From Isurus oxyrinchus (Eukaryota): a stretch of 64,000 nucleotides of DNA. Location: NCBI GenBank assembly GCA_026770705.1, contig JANJGN010000012.1:45756001-45820000 (forward strand), given 5' to 3'. Numbering within the stretch: the stretch's first letter is position 1; every line of letters starts with the position of its first letter. Below the pieces are notes generated by a model that saw only the letters and a list, made by a program, of their open reading frames with translations, did not search any database and had not been told where the DNA came from. The translations under genes were made by a program, and so were the position numbers. This document shows positions 26,780 to 39,903 of the stretch, in pieces.

Positions 26780-27539
26780 GCTATGGTTTGGAAAGTTTTC
26801 CTTGTCTCTCTGTGCCCCTCCTACATCAGTTGAAAAAGTCTGGCCCACAAGAAAAATCTTAACTCCAAAGAATTTTGATCAGTGACATCTAAATTAATGT
26901 GTAAAAAGTGCCATAGAAGGTGTCAGCTCTTCTCAAAGAGCTATACAATTAGTTCTGCTTTCCTGCTCTTTCTCCACAGTCCTGCAGAATTTTATTCAAG
27001 TATATATCTTTCAAAAGTTACTAATTTATCTGTGTCTACTACCTTTTCAGACACTGCATTCCAGATCATAACTCACATCAAAAAAAATCATCCCTTCTGG
27101 CTGTTTTGCCAAGTTTTGAACATCTGTCCACTGGTTACTGGCCCCCTGCTAAAGCAAGAAGACCTTGGGTTTGATCCTTTGTTTGTTCAGTTTAACTAGG
27201 TTGACGAAACAGGTATACTACAACTGGCTTATGTACAAAGATAGGAGAAAACAGTCAGCCATTGTTTCTAATCTATCCAGTACCCACTGCTGGAAACCAA
27301 CTGGCTGGGTTTTGGATTTGATGGTGCAGCATCAATGATTGAAAAAGATGTCAGATTGGGTGTACACATGAAGATTGGATGCTTGGATAGCAAAGGGTGT
27401 GCTGTCATAGGTGAGAAGGGCTCTTGGGAAAGTCAGGAGTACTTTGACAAGGGAGGGTGCTGAATCCTTAAGGGAGAGGGGACTGATCATGGTTTGGGGG
27501 AGAAATAAAAGTGAGAGGGTGATCTAGCTGTGAAGCATA

Positions 27540-28218
27540 GGAACATAAAATATAGGAGCTGCAGTAGACCATGTAAGCCCCTTGAGCCTGCTCTGTCATT
27601 TAATACAACCATGGCTAATCTGCCTCAACTCTTATTTTCCCACCTGCTCCCCATATCCCTTGATCCCCCAAGCTCAAAAATCTGTCTTCTCTCAGCCCTG
27701 AACATACTGAAATCATGGAGCATCCACAAACCTGAGGTAGAGAATTCCAAAGTTTCTCAATCCTACGAGTGAAGAATTTTCTCCTGATCTCAGTACAAAA
27801 TGATCAGCCCCTTTACCCTGAGACAATGCTGAGTTCTAGATTCCCTAGCTAGGGCAAACAACCTCTCAGTATCTACCCTGTTTTGCCCTTTCAGAATCTT
27901 GCATCCTTCCATGAGATCATCTCATTCTTCTAAACTCCAGAGAATATAGACCCAATTTAGTCAGCCTTTCATGATGGGACAACCAGTTATATAGATTGTA
28001 AACAACTGAGGTCCAAGCACTGATCTTTGCAGCATTTCACTAGTTACAGCTTGTCAACTTGAAAACGTTGCTTATACGCATTCTTTGCTTCCTGTCCATT
28101 AACCAATTCTCTATCCATGCTAATATATTACCCCCAATTCCATGAGCCCTTTTATGTGTATCAAATGCCTTTGGCAATGTAAGTATACTTCATCTACTGG
28201 CTCCTGTTTACTGACTAA
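27540..28218 (-). mobile_element. CR1 family B fragment
   Basis: Tail and RT remnants similar to 15525-16680. Confidence 0.7.
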
Positions 28219-28234
28219 TTACATTGTTACAATG

Positions 28235-31133
28235 ATAAAAACAAAGAGAACTGCGGATGCTGGAAATGCAAAACAAAAACAATTACCTGGAAAAACTCAG
28301 CAGGTCTGGCAGCATCAGCGGAGAAGAAAAGAGTTGACGTTTCGAGTCTTCATGACCCTTCGACAGAACTTGATTTCGACTCCAGGAAAGAGTTGAAATA
28401 TAAGTTGGTTTAAGGTGTGTGGGGGGGGGGGGGGGGGGCGCGGAGAGAGAGAGAGACAGAGGTGCTTGTGTAGACAAACAAGCAGTGATAGAAGCAGATC
28501 ATCAAAAGATGTCAGTGACAATGGGACAAAAGAACACATAGGTGTTAAAGTTAAAGTTGGTGATATTATCTAAACGAATGTGCTAATTAAGAATGGATGG
28601 TAGGGCACTCAAGGTACAGCTCTAGTGGGGGTGGGGGGAGCATAAAAGATTTTAAAATATTTAAAAATAAGTGGGAAAAGAAAAATCTGTAAAATTTATA
28701 GGGAAAAAAATCTGTTTGTGGATTTTAGGTAGGAGATAGAAGCGGGCCGTCCGAGGTTGGGCGACTATCAGGTTGGAAGCTGCGGGAGGGAGATCCCCAG
28801 AGGAGATGAGGTCAGTGACAGTCCTGGAAACAATGGCTTGATGTTCAGTGGTGGGGTCATGGTCCAGGGAGAGGTAGGAGGAAGTGTCTGCGAGTTGACG
28901 CTCAGCCTCCGCGAGGTAGAGGTCAGTGCGCCAGACAACAACAGCACCACCCTTGTCAGCGGGTTTGATGACAATGTCAGGGTTGGACCTGAGAGAATGG
29001 AGTGCAGTAAGTTCAGAGAGAGACAGGTTAGAATGGGTGAGAGGAGCAGAGAAATTGAGATGACTAATGTCGCGCCGACAGTATCCACAAACAGAACTGC
29101 CCCGGTAGACCGATCGTCTCAGCTTGCTCCTGCCCCACAGAACTCATTTCTCGTTATCTTGACTCCCTTCTCTCTCCCCTTGTCCAGTCCCTTCCCACCT
29201 ACATCCGTGATTCCTCTGACACCTTACGTCACATCAACAATTTCCAGTTCCCTGGCTCCAACCGCTTCCTCTTCACCATGGACGTCCAATCCCTCTACAC
29301 CTCCATCCCCCACCAGGATGGTCTGAGGGCCCTTAGCTTCTTCCTCGAACAGAGGCCCGAACAATCCCCATCCACCACTACTCTCCTCCGTCTGGCTGAA
29401 CTTGTTCTCACGTTGAACAATTTCTCCTTCAACTCCTCTCACTTTCTCCAAATAAAAGGTGTGGCTATGGGTACCCGCATGGGCCCCAGCTATGCCTGTC
29501 TCTTTATGGGATATGTGGAACATTCCTTGTTGCAGTCCTACCCCGGCCCCCTTCCACAACTTTTTCTCCGGTACATCGATGATTACTTCGGTGCCGCTTC
29601 ATGCTCTCGTCGGGACTTGGAAAAATTTATTAATTTTGCTTCCAATCTCCACCCCTCCATCATTTTCACGTGGTCCATCTCTGACACTTCCCTTCCCTTC
29701 CTTGACCTCCCTGTCTCAATCTCTGGTGATAGACTGTCCACTAATATCCATTACAAACCCACCGACTCCCACAGCTACCTCGACTACAGCTCCTCACACC
29801 CCGCTTCCTGTAAGGACTCCATCCCATTCTCCCAGTTCCTTCGCCTTCGTCGCATCTGTTCCGATGATGCTACCTTCAAAAACGGTTCCTCTGACATGTC
29901 CTCCTTCTTCCTTAACCGAGGTTTTCCACCCACGGTCGTTGACAGGGCCCTCAACCGTGTCCGGCCCATCTCCCGCGCATCCGCCCTCACGCCTTCTCCT
30001 CCCTCCCAGAAACATGATAGGGTCCCCCTTGTCCTCACTTATCACCCCACCAGCCTCCGCATTCAAAGGATCATCCTCCGCCATTTCCGCCAACTCCAGC
30101 ATGATGCCACCACCAAACACATCTTCCCTTCACCCCCCTTATCGGCATTCCGTAGGGATCGCTCCCTCCGGGACACCCTGGTCCACTCCTCCATCACCCC
30201 CTACTCCTCAACCCCCTCCTATGGCACCACCCCATGCCCACGCAAAAGATGTAACACCTGCCCCTTCACTTCCTCTCTCCTCACCGTCCAAGGGCCCAAA
30301 CACTCCTTTCAAGTGAAGCAGCATTTCACTTGCATTTCCCCCAACTTAGTCTACTGCATTCGTTGCTCCCAATGTGGTCTCCTCTACATTGGAGAGACCA
30401 AACGTAAACTGGGCGACCGCTTTGCAGAACACCTGCGGTCTGTCCGCAAGAATGACCCAAACCTCCCTGTCGCTTGCCATTTTAACACTCCACCCTGCTC
30501 TCTTGCCCACATGTCTGTCCTTGGCTTACTGCATTGTTCCAGTGAAGCCCAACGCAAACTGGAGGAACAACACCTCATCTTCCGACTAGGCACCTTACAG
30601 CCTTCCGGTCTGAATATTGAATTCAATAACTTTAGGTCGTGAGCTCCCTCCCCCATCCCCACCCCCTTTCTGTTTCCCCCCTTTTTTCCCCCCCTTTTTT
30701 TCCCTATAAATTTTACAGATTTTTCTTTTCCCACTTATTTTTAAATATTTTAAAATCTTTTATGCTCCCCCCACCCCCACTAGAGCTGTACCTTGAGTGC
30801 CCTACCATCCATTCTTAATTAGCACATTCGTTTAGATAATATCACCAACTTTAACTTTAACACCTATGTGTTCTTTTGTCCCATTGTCACTGACATATTT
30901 TGATGATCTGCTTCTATCACTGCTTGTTTGTCTACACAAGCACCTCTGTCTCTCTCTCTCTCTCCGCGCCCCCCCCCCCCCCACACACCTTAAACCAACT
31001 TATATTTCAACTCTTTCCTGGACTCGAAATCAAGTTCTGTCGAAGCGTCATGAAGACTCGAAACGTCAACTCTTTTCTTCTCCGCCGATGCTGCCAGACC
31101 TGCTGAGTTTTTCCAGGTAATTCTGTTTTTGTT
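28235..31133 (+). mobile_element. Penelope-like retroelement (Neptune-like), 5'-truncated, with inverted terminal arm and internal inversion
   Basis: TSD ttacattgttacaat (28219-28233/31134-31148); 28235-28710 is an inverted copy of the 3' end; 28711-29082 is the inverted upstream ORF segment; forward ORF from 29083. Confidence 0.95.
29083..30642 (+). CDS. PLE reverse transcriptase plus GIY-YIG endonuclease (N-terminally truncated, frame open)
   Basis: IHKQNCPGRPIVS, MDVQSLYT, GVAMG, RYIDD, Cys linker CPRKRCNTC, LVYCIRC..C.LLYIGET.R.L..RF.EH; frame is open from 29083 (ORF track starts at the Met at 29278). Confidence 0.95.
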   Translation: MHKQNCPGRPIVSACSCPTELISRYLDSLLSPLVQSLPTYIRDSSDTLRHINNFQFPGSNRFLFTMDVQSLYTSIPHQDGLRALSFFLEQRPEQSPSTTTLLRLAELVLTLNNFSFNSSHFLQIKGVAMGTRMGPSYACLFMGYVEHSLLQSYPGPLPQLFLRYIDDYFGAASCSRRDLEKFINFASNLHPSIIFTWSISDTSLPFLDLPVSISGDRLSTNIHYKPTDSHSYLDYSSSHPASCKDSIPFSQFLRLRRICSDDATFKNGSSDMSSFFLNRGFPPTVVDRALNRVRPISRASALTPSPPSQKHDRVPLVLTYHPTSLRIQRIILRHFRQLQHDATTKHIFPSPPLSAFRRDRSLRDTLVHSSITPYSSTPSYGTTPCPRKRCNTCPFTSSLLTVQGPKHSFQVKQHFTCISPNLVYCIRCSQCGLLYIGETKRKLGDRFAEHLRSVRKNDPNLPVACHFNTPPCSLAHMSVLGLLHCSSEAQRKLEEQHLIFRLGTLQPSGLNIEFNNFRS

Positions 31134-32391
31134 TTACATTGTTACAATCCCTGACCCAAATTTAAGATCTGGTTGGAGACTAGTAACTTTTGTTGCGAAG
31201 TAGGTTAAATTTGAAATCCCAGTTAACTACTAAGAATAAAGCCAAAAGATACCACGGTTTCAAACAAATGGACAAAATTTTATTATACAAGAGTCAATAA
31301 AGCAAAAGGTCAATGCAATCTAATACTCAACATCCAGAATTAATGTGAGGTAAACATGAATTAACAGGTGAACTGGTAAAACACACTGCAAGCTACACAA
31401 CTGGCACACGCCAAAGTCAGATCAAACATTTCTCAGCAACTCACCCAGACGTCAATGATCAGTTACAAAATGCTGTGTATCTTGTCACTGCATTGGAACA
31501 GGAAGTTGGTACTACTAATGTCATCATTGGGCGCCTGGAACAGGAAGTCGGCACCCACTCCTGTAGGTAAGAATGATGCCACTGACATTGCATGCCTATT
31601 GTCTGTCGCCTCTGCTGCTTTCTCACCATCCATTTCCAACAATCAATATTAAATTTTTGCTTTTTAGACAGATATAGAACAAATAGATTTCACCTGTTAT
31701 TTTGCTTAAATTAGGTAAGCTTAAAGAAATTGCTTACAGACAATTCCAGGATTTATCAGCTCACTAAAGAAACACTTTTTAACCAAATTTGCCACTAACT
31801 CGAATGTCCCTATAGCCCTTTTGCTGAGCTGCAGGTATTACCGCTCCTTCTGCTTGTGTTACATCAGTTGCATTATCCTTTGATGCAGGCAACTACCTGA
31901 GGCATCATTGTCAGTGACGCTGTCACTGTGTTTGCATGTGTGGTGAGTGCACCCCCTGCAGTTACAGTGGCAGCAAACAGCTGTTTAAAAAATCCTTTAC
32001 AACTCCACCCATGTCATGAAGGATTTCCAGTCCTCTCTGAACAGCCACTCTAACTTGGACTGTCCCAACGATTGTTCACCTCCTCAGTCTTCTCACAAGA
32101 CTGCATCCCCCTGGATTCACAAGGCTGCACCCCAACATCTAATAACCACACAATCACAGATGTCTAGCTTCTTTGAGCATAACACCACTGCTCCTCTCAG
32201 ACAGGACGCCAGGACCACTCAGTTCCTGACTTCATTACAGCCTTAGCTGAAACATGGACAGAAGAGCTGAACTCAAGAGGTGGGAGTGACTATCCTTCAA
32301 GGCTGCATTTGCCGAATGTGGTATCAAGGAACCCTAGCAAAACTGGAGTCAATGGGAATAAGGGGGGAAAACTGTCCACTGGTTGGAGTCA

Positions 32392-33300
32392 TAAGAACTA
32401 GGAGCAGGAGTAGGTAATTCAGCCCCTTGAACCTGCCACGCCATTCAATACGATCATGGTTGATCTCATTTTGGTCTCAACTCCAATTTCCTGCCCTCTG
32501 CCCATAACCTTTCAACCCGTTACTAATTAAAAATCTGTATCTCCTTAAATTTATTCAGTGTCCTGGCATCCACTGCACTCTGCGGTAGTGAATTCTGTAG
32601 ATTCACGACCCTTTGAGAAAAGTAATTCCTCATCTCTGATTTAAATCTACCATCCCTTAGCCTAAAACTATGGCCTCTTGTTCTAGAATGCCCCACAAGG
32701 GGAAACATCTACTCCACGTCTACTTGTCTATCCCCTTTAGCATCTTATGTACTTCAATTAGCTCTTCTCATCCTTTTAAACTTAAGCGAGTATAGGTCTA
32801 AACTGTTCAATCTCTCCTCAAGACAAGCCCCGAACTTCCTCTGAACTGCCTCCAATGTAACTACATCCTCAAGTAAGGGACCAAAACTGCACAGTTCTCC
32901 AGATGCGGTCTCACCAATGCCTTGTACAGTTGCAACAACACTTCCTTATTTTTACACTCTATTCCTTTAGCAATAAATGCCAAAATTCCATTTGCCTTCC
33001 TTATTACCTGCTGTACCTGCATACTTGCTTTCAGCAATTCATGCACAAGGACACCCAGATCCCTCTGCACTAAAGCATTCTGAAGTTTCTCTCTATTTAG
33101 ATAATAAGTTGCCTTTTTATTCTTCTGACCAAAATGGATAACCTCACACTTGTCCACGTTAAACTCCATTTGTCAAATTTTGGCCCATTCACCTAGCCTG
33201 TCCATATCCTTTTGTAAATTTCTTATTCATTGCAACTTACTTTCCCACCTATTTTGGTGTCATCTGCATATTCTATCCCTGATTCCAAGACATTAATATA
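32392..33300 (-). mobile_element. CR1 family B 3' part nested in a family A LINE (32250-33690)
   Basis: MEFNVDKCEVIHFG...ERDLGV-like...LYKALVRPHLE; the flanking LINE resumes at about 33300. Confidence 0.85.
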
Positions 33301-34676
33301 ACTAGCACAAAGGAAGGTAGTTGTGGTTGTTGGAGGTCAATCATCTCAATCCCAGGATATGGTGGCAAGAATTCCTCAGGGTAGTATCCTAGGCCCAACC
33401 ATTCTCAGCTGCTTCTTCAACGACCTTCTTTCCATCATGAGGTCAGAGGTGGTGACATTTGTTGGTGATTACACAATGTTCAGCGCCATTCATGACTCCT
33501 CTGGGCTGACAAGTGGCAAGTAACATTTGTGCCACCCAAATGCCAGGCAATGACCATCTCTCCAACAAGAGAGAATCCAACCATCGTCCCTTGACATTCA
33601 TTGGCTTTACCATCGCTGAATCCCCCACTATCAACATCCTGGGGGTTACCTTTGACCAGAAACTGAACTGGACTAGTCACATAAATACTGTAGCTTATGT
33701 GGCAGATGATCTGTGCCAGGTGGACCAAAACCGCAAGGGAAACTTGGCTATGCTAGCACAACGGTTTTGCAATTAGTATTTATTACGAGATGATGTGTGC
33801 ACTGAATTCAGAAGTAATGGGTCCACTAAGACCTTTAGTGATTTTTATAAATTAAAATATTTAACAAAAAGAAAAGATTTCAAGAACATACATTGGAGTA
33901 CCATTACTTAATACTATAACAAATTCTAAAATTCCTAATTAACTTGACTCTAAATTACACACCCCCTTTAAAGAAACAGTCCAAATTAAATTTTAAATTT
34001 AAAAAGCAAGCCAGCAAGTTAACACAGTACCCACTTGACAGTGGAATTCCAAAACTTGCCTCCAGCTTTATTTCCTGGACACAGCAGACTTACGCACAAA
34101 TGGCTGGAGGCTTCCCAAAGGCTGTTTCACACATTCCTGTTAGACCTTACATGGCCTCCCCAACATAGCCTTTCATTCCCCTTTATATATGTTTCCCTCT
34201 CTTTAATCTGTAAATTCCATTGCTCCATATGCCTTTGGAAATGCACTTTGCCCATAATGTAAAAGCTTTCATGTTGCCAATATTATCAGTAACCTTTGGG
34301 AAAAATAAACACACTGTTTGGCCTTGCTTATCTGCCTAATTGTAAACATCCTAACATCCATTTGAAATCTGAACAACTCCACTTACCTAAAAATGCAAAT
34401 TCCCTTCATATCTTAGATGCTAAGACAACATCCATGTTTACTCTTTAGCATTTCAAGTACACTTCTACACCTAACTTATTTTGATAATTTCAAGCTTGCA
34501 GTCCACCTGACTCCAATGTAATTAAATCACACAGACAGAACCATCTACACTCAATGCACTACAATGTAGTGCAGCTCCATTGATACTCCAGAAGCATGAC
34601 ATCATCCAGGACCAAGCCTGCTTGATTAGTACCCCATTCAGCACCTATAACATCCACTCCCTCTACCACTGGCACA

Positions 34677-35058
34677 GGCTTGGCCTAAATAGCCAAGTGG
34701 TTATGGTACTGGGTTTGTAAACCCAAGATCAAGAGTTCAAATCTCACAATGGCAAGGGGCTTGGCCTGAATAGCCAAGTGGTTATGGTACTGGGTTTGTA
34801 AACCCAAGATCAAGAGTTCAAATCTCACAATGGCTGATTGGCCTAAATGGCCAAGTGGTTATGGTACTGGGCTTGTAACCCCAAGATTGTGAGTTCAAAT
34901 CTCACAATGGCAAACTATGAAACAATGTAACTTCATCTGAAACAGATGGAAACGGGTTTGTACTCGAAAGAGTTACCACTGGCACAGGCTTGGCCTAAAT
35001 AGCCAAGTGGTTATGGTACTGAGCTTGTAAACCCAAGATCAAGAGCCTTTACAATGGC
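34677..35058 (+). repeat. Four tandem tRNA-Thr(TGT)-derived units (trimer plus structured tail, then a fourth unit); SINE-like
   Basis: Units start at 34677, 34758, about 34838 and 34987, with A-box TAGCCAAGTGG, TTGTAA anticodon loop and B-box GAGTTCAAAT (lost in unit 4); poor acceptor and anticodon stems; 13-bp duplication taccactggcaca (34664-34676/34974-34986). Confidence 0.85.
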
Positions 35059-35944
35059 TTTAACATTAAACTGTTGATGAGGCGCAAGGAAATACTGTGG
35101 TAGTAAAGAGTGGCACAACCTTATGATGCACCTCAGTTGTTATTCTATGCACTCCACAAAGATGTTGTTGAATGCTAGAGAAAGAAGCATCTAAGCAGCC
35201 CCGGTGCCTCCTGATGTACCTTTCCTACGCCTGATCCAGCCTGTTATGGCATCTGATGCAACAGCTATTACTGATAAATCCCACAGCAGGGGGAGCTGGC
35301 AGACAACTTTTGGAAGACATTTGGCTGCCCCTAGAGGTAAGATTAGAAAGAACGCTCAGTTGAGCATTCCAACCATGATTTCAGCAGCCTCGACTGTTAA
35401 AAATCAAAGACTCAGGAACATTGGTCTCACATGCAGCCAGTGAGACTGGTCTCTTCTTCTTATGCTGCTGATGATGGGACATTTGGAGGAGTATCTGCAA
35501 TGCAGTAAGGGAGCAGGATATGAAGTGAGGAAGACCCTGGTGTCTGGCAATCTAGGAGATCAAGATAGCCACCAGCCAGGCATTAGGAGGAGGATATAAG
35601 AGCTGTTATCACTTTTGTGCTGGTGACAGTTACTGCTTGCATGGATCATATTGTTAGAAAGTAGACTCAACTGCTCAGAAACTGCAGTTTCAACATAGTA
35701 GATGTAAAACCCTGTCCAATCTGTGTTCTAGAATCCTACCTCCATGCATTTGCATTGAGCCAATTTCCTTCCCATTTGATTCCAGTGGTTGTGCTTCCAG
35801 CACAAGGAGGTCCTGGGAGCAAAAACATGGCAGAAATTGAATTGGCCAGTTATGATGCGGAGTTTTGCTGAAGGGCCTGCCTCACCTGACTTCCCAGATC
35901 ACCACCCTGAAATGGTCATGTTTCAGAAGAAGTTCTAGGCCTTT

Positions 35945-36750
35945 AGAGCCATTACAGCACAGGAGCCCATTCAGCCCATTGAGCCCATGCCAGCTGTCTG
36001 CAGAGCAATCCAATGCCCTGCTTTAACCCTGCAGCCCCTTAAGTTTATTTTCCTCAAGTGCCCATCCAATTCCCTTTTGAAATCAGTGATTGTCTCCACT
36101 TCCAGCGCCCTCATAGGCAGAGTTCCAAATTGTTTCCTCTGACTTTGTAAAAAATTTCTTTCTTACATTCCCCCTGCAATCCTTGCCAAAAACCTTGGAC
36201 CCGTGTCTCTAGTCCATATATCAGCAGCTAATGGGGATGGCTTTTCTTTGTCTACTTTATCTAAACCTATCATAACCTTGTGCACCTCCAACAAATTCCC
36301 CCCCCCCCAGCCTTAATACCCTTTGCTCTAAGGAGAACAACCCCAGTTGTACCTAAAATCTCATCCCTGGAACCATTGTGGTAAATTTCTGCACCCTCTC
36401 AAGGAGCCTCACATTCCTCCTAGGGTGTGTTGACCAGAACTGGATGCAATACTCTAGTTGTGACCTAACCAGAGCTTTATATAGATTCAGCATAACTTTC
36501 TTGCTTTTGTATTCAATACTTTTATTTATGAAGCCCAAGTTCCCACATGTTTTGCTAACCACACTTTTGATATATCTTGCCACCTTCAATGATCTGTGCA
36601 CAAGAACCACCAGGTCCCTTTGTCCCTGTACTCTCTTAAGGATTGTGCCATTTAGTCTACATTGCCTCTCCCTATTCCTTCTACCAAAATGCAACACCTC
36701 ACACTTTCTGTATTAAATTCCATCTGCTACTTGTCTGCCCATTTCGTTAG
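35945..36750 (-). mobile_element. CR1 family B 3' part
   Basis: HFGRRN...QRDLVV.VHRSLK...LYKALVRSQLEYCIQFWS (36353-36697). Confidence 0.85.
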
Positions 36751-36779
36751 CCACACGCTGAGCTGAAAATCCTGCCCAT

Positions 36780-39700
36780 AGGTTCAGGTGGTCTGGAGAC
36801 CTTATAATCTTTCCATATCTTGTTCTCACTACTTTCGGAGGAGTGATAGACTCTGTCGCTACCAGTAATCTTTGTAGGATAGGAGGTTGTTCTTTTCATT
36901 CTCTTGAAACATTCTTTGGCCTTGAATCGCTCTTTGTTGATTCACCAGTTGTAGTGATAGATGGCAGTTGCTTTATCCCAATCTTTTCGGTGCTGACAAA
37001 CTCTGGGCTCGTCTCTATAGTGAATTTTGCTTTCCTTTCTTTGTGCGGGTCACCGTGATGGCTGGAGGATGGCTCATGAACCCTTTTGGGATCATCTGTG
37101 CATTTTGGTGTTTGGGCTTTGCACAGCTTCCCGAAGCGTCCTGGTCAGTTATATTGAAAGCATTGTGCTGAAATTGCCAGACATTGATCACTCTTGTGAG
37201 GGCTCTTTGCTCCATAGCGCTGGTGTAGTCCCTCTACTGATTAGGATATTGCTTCCCTTGACCTGGAGTGCCCCTGTTTCTGTGCTATTTCACCAGCTGG
37301 ACAACGGGCTTTGCTTTCTATCCTTAATATGGATCTGTGCTGTAAATAGATTTCAGGTTGCCTGACAACCTGGACGGCTTTCTCTAGGGTTAGATCCTCT
37401 TTCACTTGAAGCAAGCCTGAAAGTGCATCTTCCACCACCCGTACAACTATTCTATTCTGATTAGCTGAGATTTTAGGTTGCTATAATCACAGCCTTCAGC
37501 CATTCTGTACAGCGTTAATGAAGGAGTCAACAGGTCCTCCTGGCTGGTGGACTCTGTTGGTAGTTGTAAAATCAATAATTTTAGTGTGACTTGACCATTT
37601 TGTAGTCTGATTCAATGTGTTATTTTATATAGTAAGCTAACATGGTTAAGAAACTATTTTGAACTAATCCAGGAGACATTTTATAATGAACCAGTTACTG
37701 CATGATTGGAAGCCAGCCAGGGATGATTGAACAAAGAGATCATCAATTGTGAGACAGTTGAAGGTTAAGTAATTAATCAATAGATGTTTTGGTAAAGGCT
37801 GGACATATAACCTGCAACAGAAAGTCTGTAATGTTTTATCATAACACATAATTATAATTTTAAATATTCTATTTACACATTATGAGACTGTACATTATAA
37901 AATGATGTTTCTTAAGCTTGTCTAGAAAGGTAAGGTGTGCTAAGCCGATGCTTTCATGACGTTGGGATCATATTAAGATGGGTAAAGAATAAGGCATTAT
38001 TCAAGTATTATACAACAATCAGACATTGAAACATTCTGAATAGCCCCATTGTATTACTATATGGAAAAATGTTCACATGTGTTAGAAACCAATTATAAAT
38101 AAGCAGGCAGTTAAGTTAACCACTTATTGTTTGACAGTTAGGCTAATTCAATATAAGAAAACACAAACTGAGGGGTTAAAATGAAGGCTTCAAGGAAGCC
38201 ATGTTTGTTAGCATGCTATCCACGTACTGAGTGTCCTAGACGGAATTCCGAAAGACCTATTGTCCAAAATGGACCAGAGGGTTACCATCACCTCAAGCCT
38301 TCGGCCTGATCAATCGAGGAAGCAGTGAGAAGTCTGTTTAGTTGTTAAGTTAAACTTTTGTCCTTTTACCGTTAATTGAAACTTTGTCTTCTATCTATTT
38401 AACTTGTTACCTTTCTACCCTATAATTGTTACTATATCTTTTGAATTTACCATCTGCAGTGTTCAGTCTTGCCTGATGGTTGAGCCTAGTGCGAACTAAA
38501 TGGTTTATCAGATAATTCACAATTGGTGAGTTACTGAATAGTTGAAACATTGTGTCAAATGAGTTGTATTCCATAATTATCGTAACAACACGTTTATTAA
38601 ATTTAGCCCTTTCAAGGGTTTTGTTACTTTGTCAAAATAAGTGTTCAATGATTTTAAAACTCCATCAAATTTTGCAGATGATTCATTGATTCCTTGTCTA
38701 GCCATTATATCATCGGCTGTTGGGCCTACCATGTAAAGCACTGTGTTATCTTGCTCAGCTTCTGTCTTTTCATCCAGACCTGAAGCAATCTTGCATCTAA
38801 GGAATCTCTTTCCGCAGAGTCCCCAATTTTGTGATTGATCTGGGCCTTGAATAAATCCAACTCAATCTGGAAGAATGCATTTCTGATCCAAGGTTAAAAC
38901 TTTTAAATTGCAGGTTCAGCTTTAAGAGGTTTCCAAGATCCAAGCCTTATGCCTTTTCATAAAGGATTTTCCCATGCTTGTCAGTCTTGGAAGGCTCCTG
39001 CAGTAATGGTGTTCGCGATCTCAGTATTTAAATTTTTTCAACAGTGCCTGCTTCGAATGACCGATTAGAGTCAGCCCACTTTAGTACAATGTTCTTGGGT
39101 CTTGGGAGCGTCGAGTCCCAGCTTTTGCTGGGTTTTTTTAAGCTGCCTACTCAGTCATGATTAATTTTTAATTAACTATTATTTTTTTCCTTGTTTGGAG
39201 TGAGTTCAGCTATGAGCAAGCACATGTTCAGGTGACAACTCGGGAATTGGGTTTCTCAGACTGCAATTTAAATGGCAATTTCTGACGACTGAAATATTTA
39301 ACTTTTTTCAGGGCTTGTGTTGTCCAGGAATTTTAAATTTTTAGCTCACTTCTGCTAGGTCGTTGATTCTGTACAATCTGGGTATTGAAGATGGACTTTC
39401 TTGGGATCCAATGGAGCCTTCTGCTGCAGTGAGGAATTTAATTTCTGCCTTCAGCTTCTAAGTCTTTCTTTGCAGCTTTTCTCTGGTGATTTCCTTCTGT
39501 GCCTTCGCATCTTAAGCTTTTCTTCAACTCAGAATGCTTTTTTGATTTTTTTCTTCAGTTTTCCTGGATTTTAATGTTCTTTTGCAGCCTCTGTGAGATT
39601 TTGAGTTGTTCCTTTCACTGCCACCATGTTGTAAGATGTTGGACATTGTTTGGTAGATCTTATTAAGGTATTTTTCATCTTAGATAGTTCAACTGTAAGT

Positions 39701-39903
39701 ATGTATTATTTACTGGAAACTATATACATAGGTACAGTAAAGGTGCAAGTAAGGAGCCGTCTCTGTGTTTGCCTCTACACACAGCCCTGTCCAACACTAC
39801 ACTGACTGCTAAGTGCAGGTCATACGTTCTCTTACATCGCTGTGTGGGAGGTGCTGCACTCAGCCCCATGTTAACCCTTTATGTGCCAGACCCTTATACT
39901 ACA
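36780..39903 (-). mobile_element. Gypsy LTR retrotransposon 5' half (LTR, PBS, gag remnant) with nested LTR at about 37566-38587
   Basis: LTR about 39627-39903 followed on the minus strand by TGGTGGCAG PBS-like sequence; gag remnants IASGLDEKTEAEQDNTVLYMVG, RAKFNKR, LQVKEDLTLEKAV. Confidence 0.75.

Noticed and set aside
28757-30316. ORFs 28757-29326 and 29459-30316 as separate genes
   Set aside because: They are antisense or alternative frames of the C-rich PLE ORF and its inverted segment.
34677-35058. Functional tRNA-Thr gene cluster or CRISPR-like array
   Set aside because: Acceptor and anticodon stems pair poorly, units abut without unique spacers, and the array interrupts a LINE; the context is eukaryotic with no cas genes.
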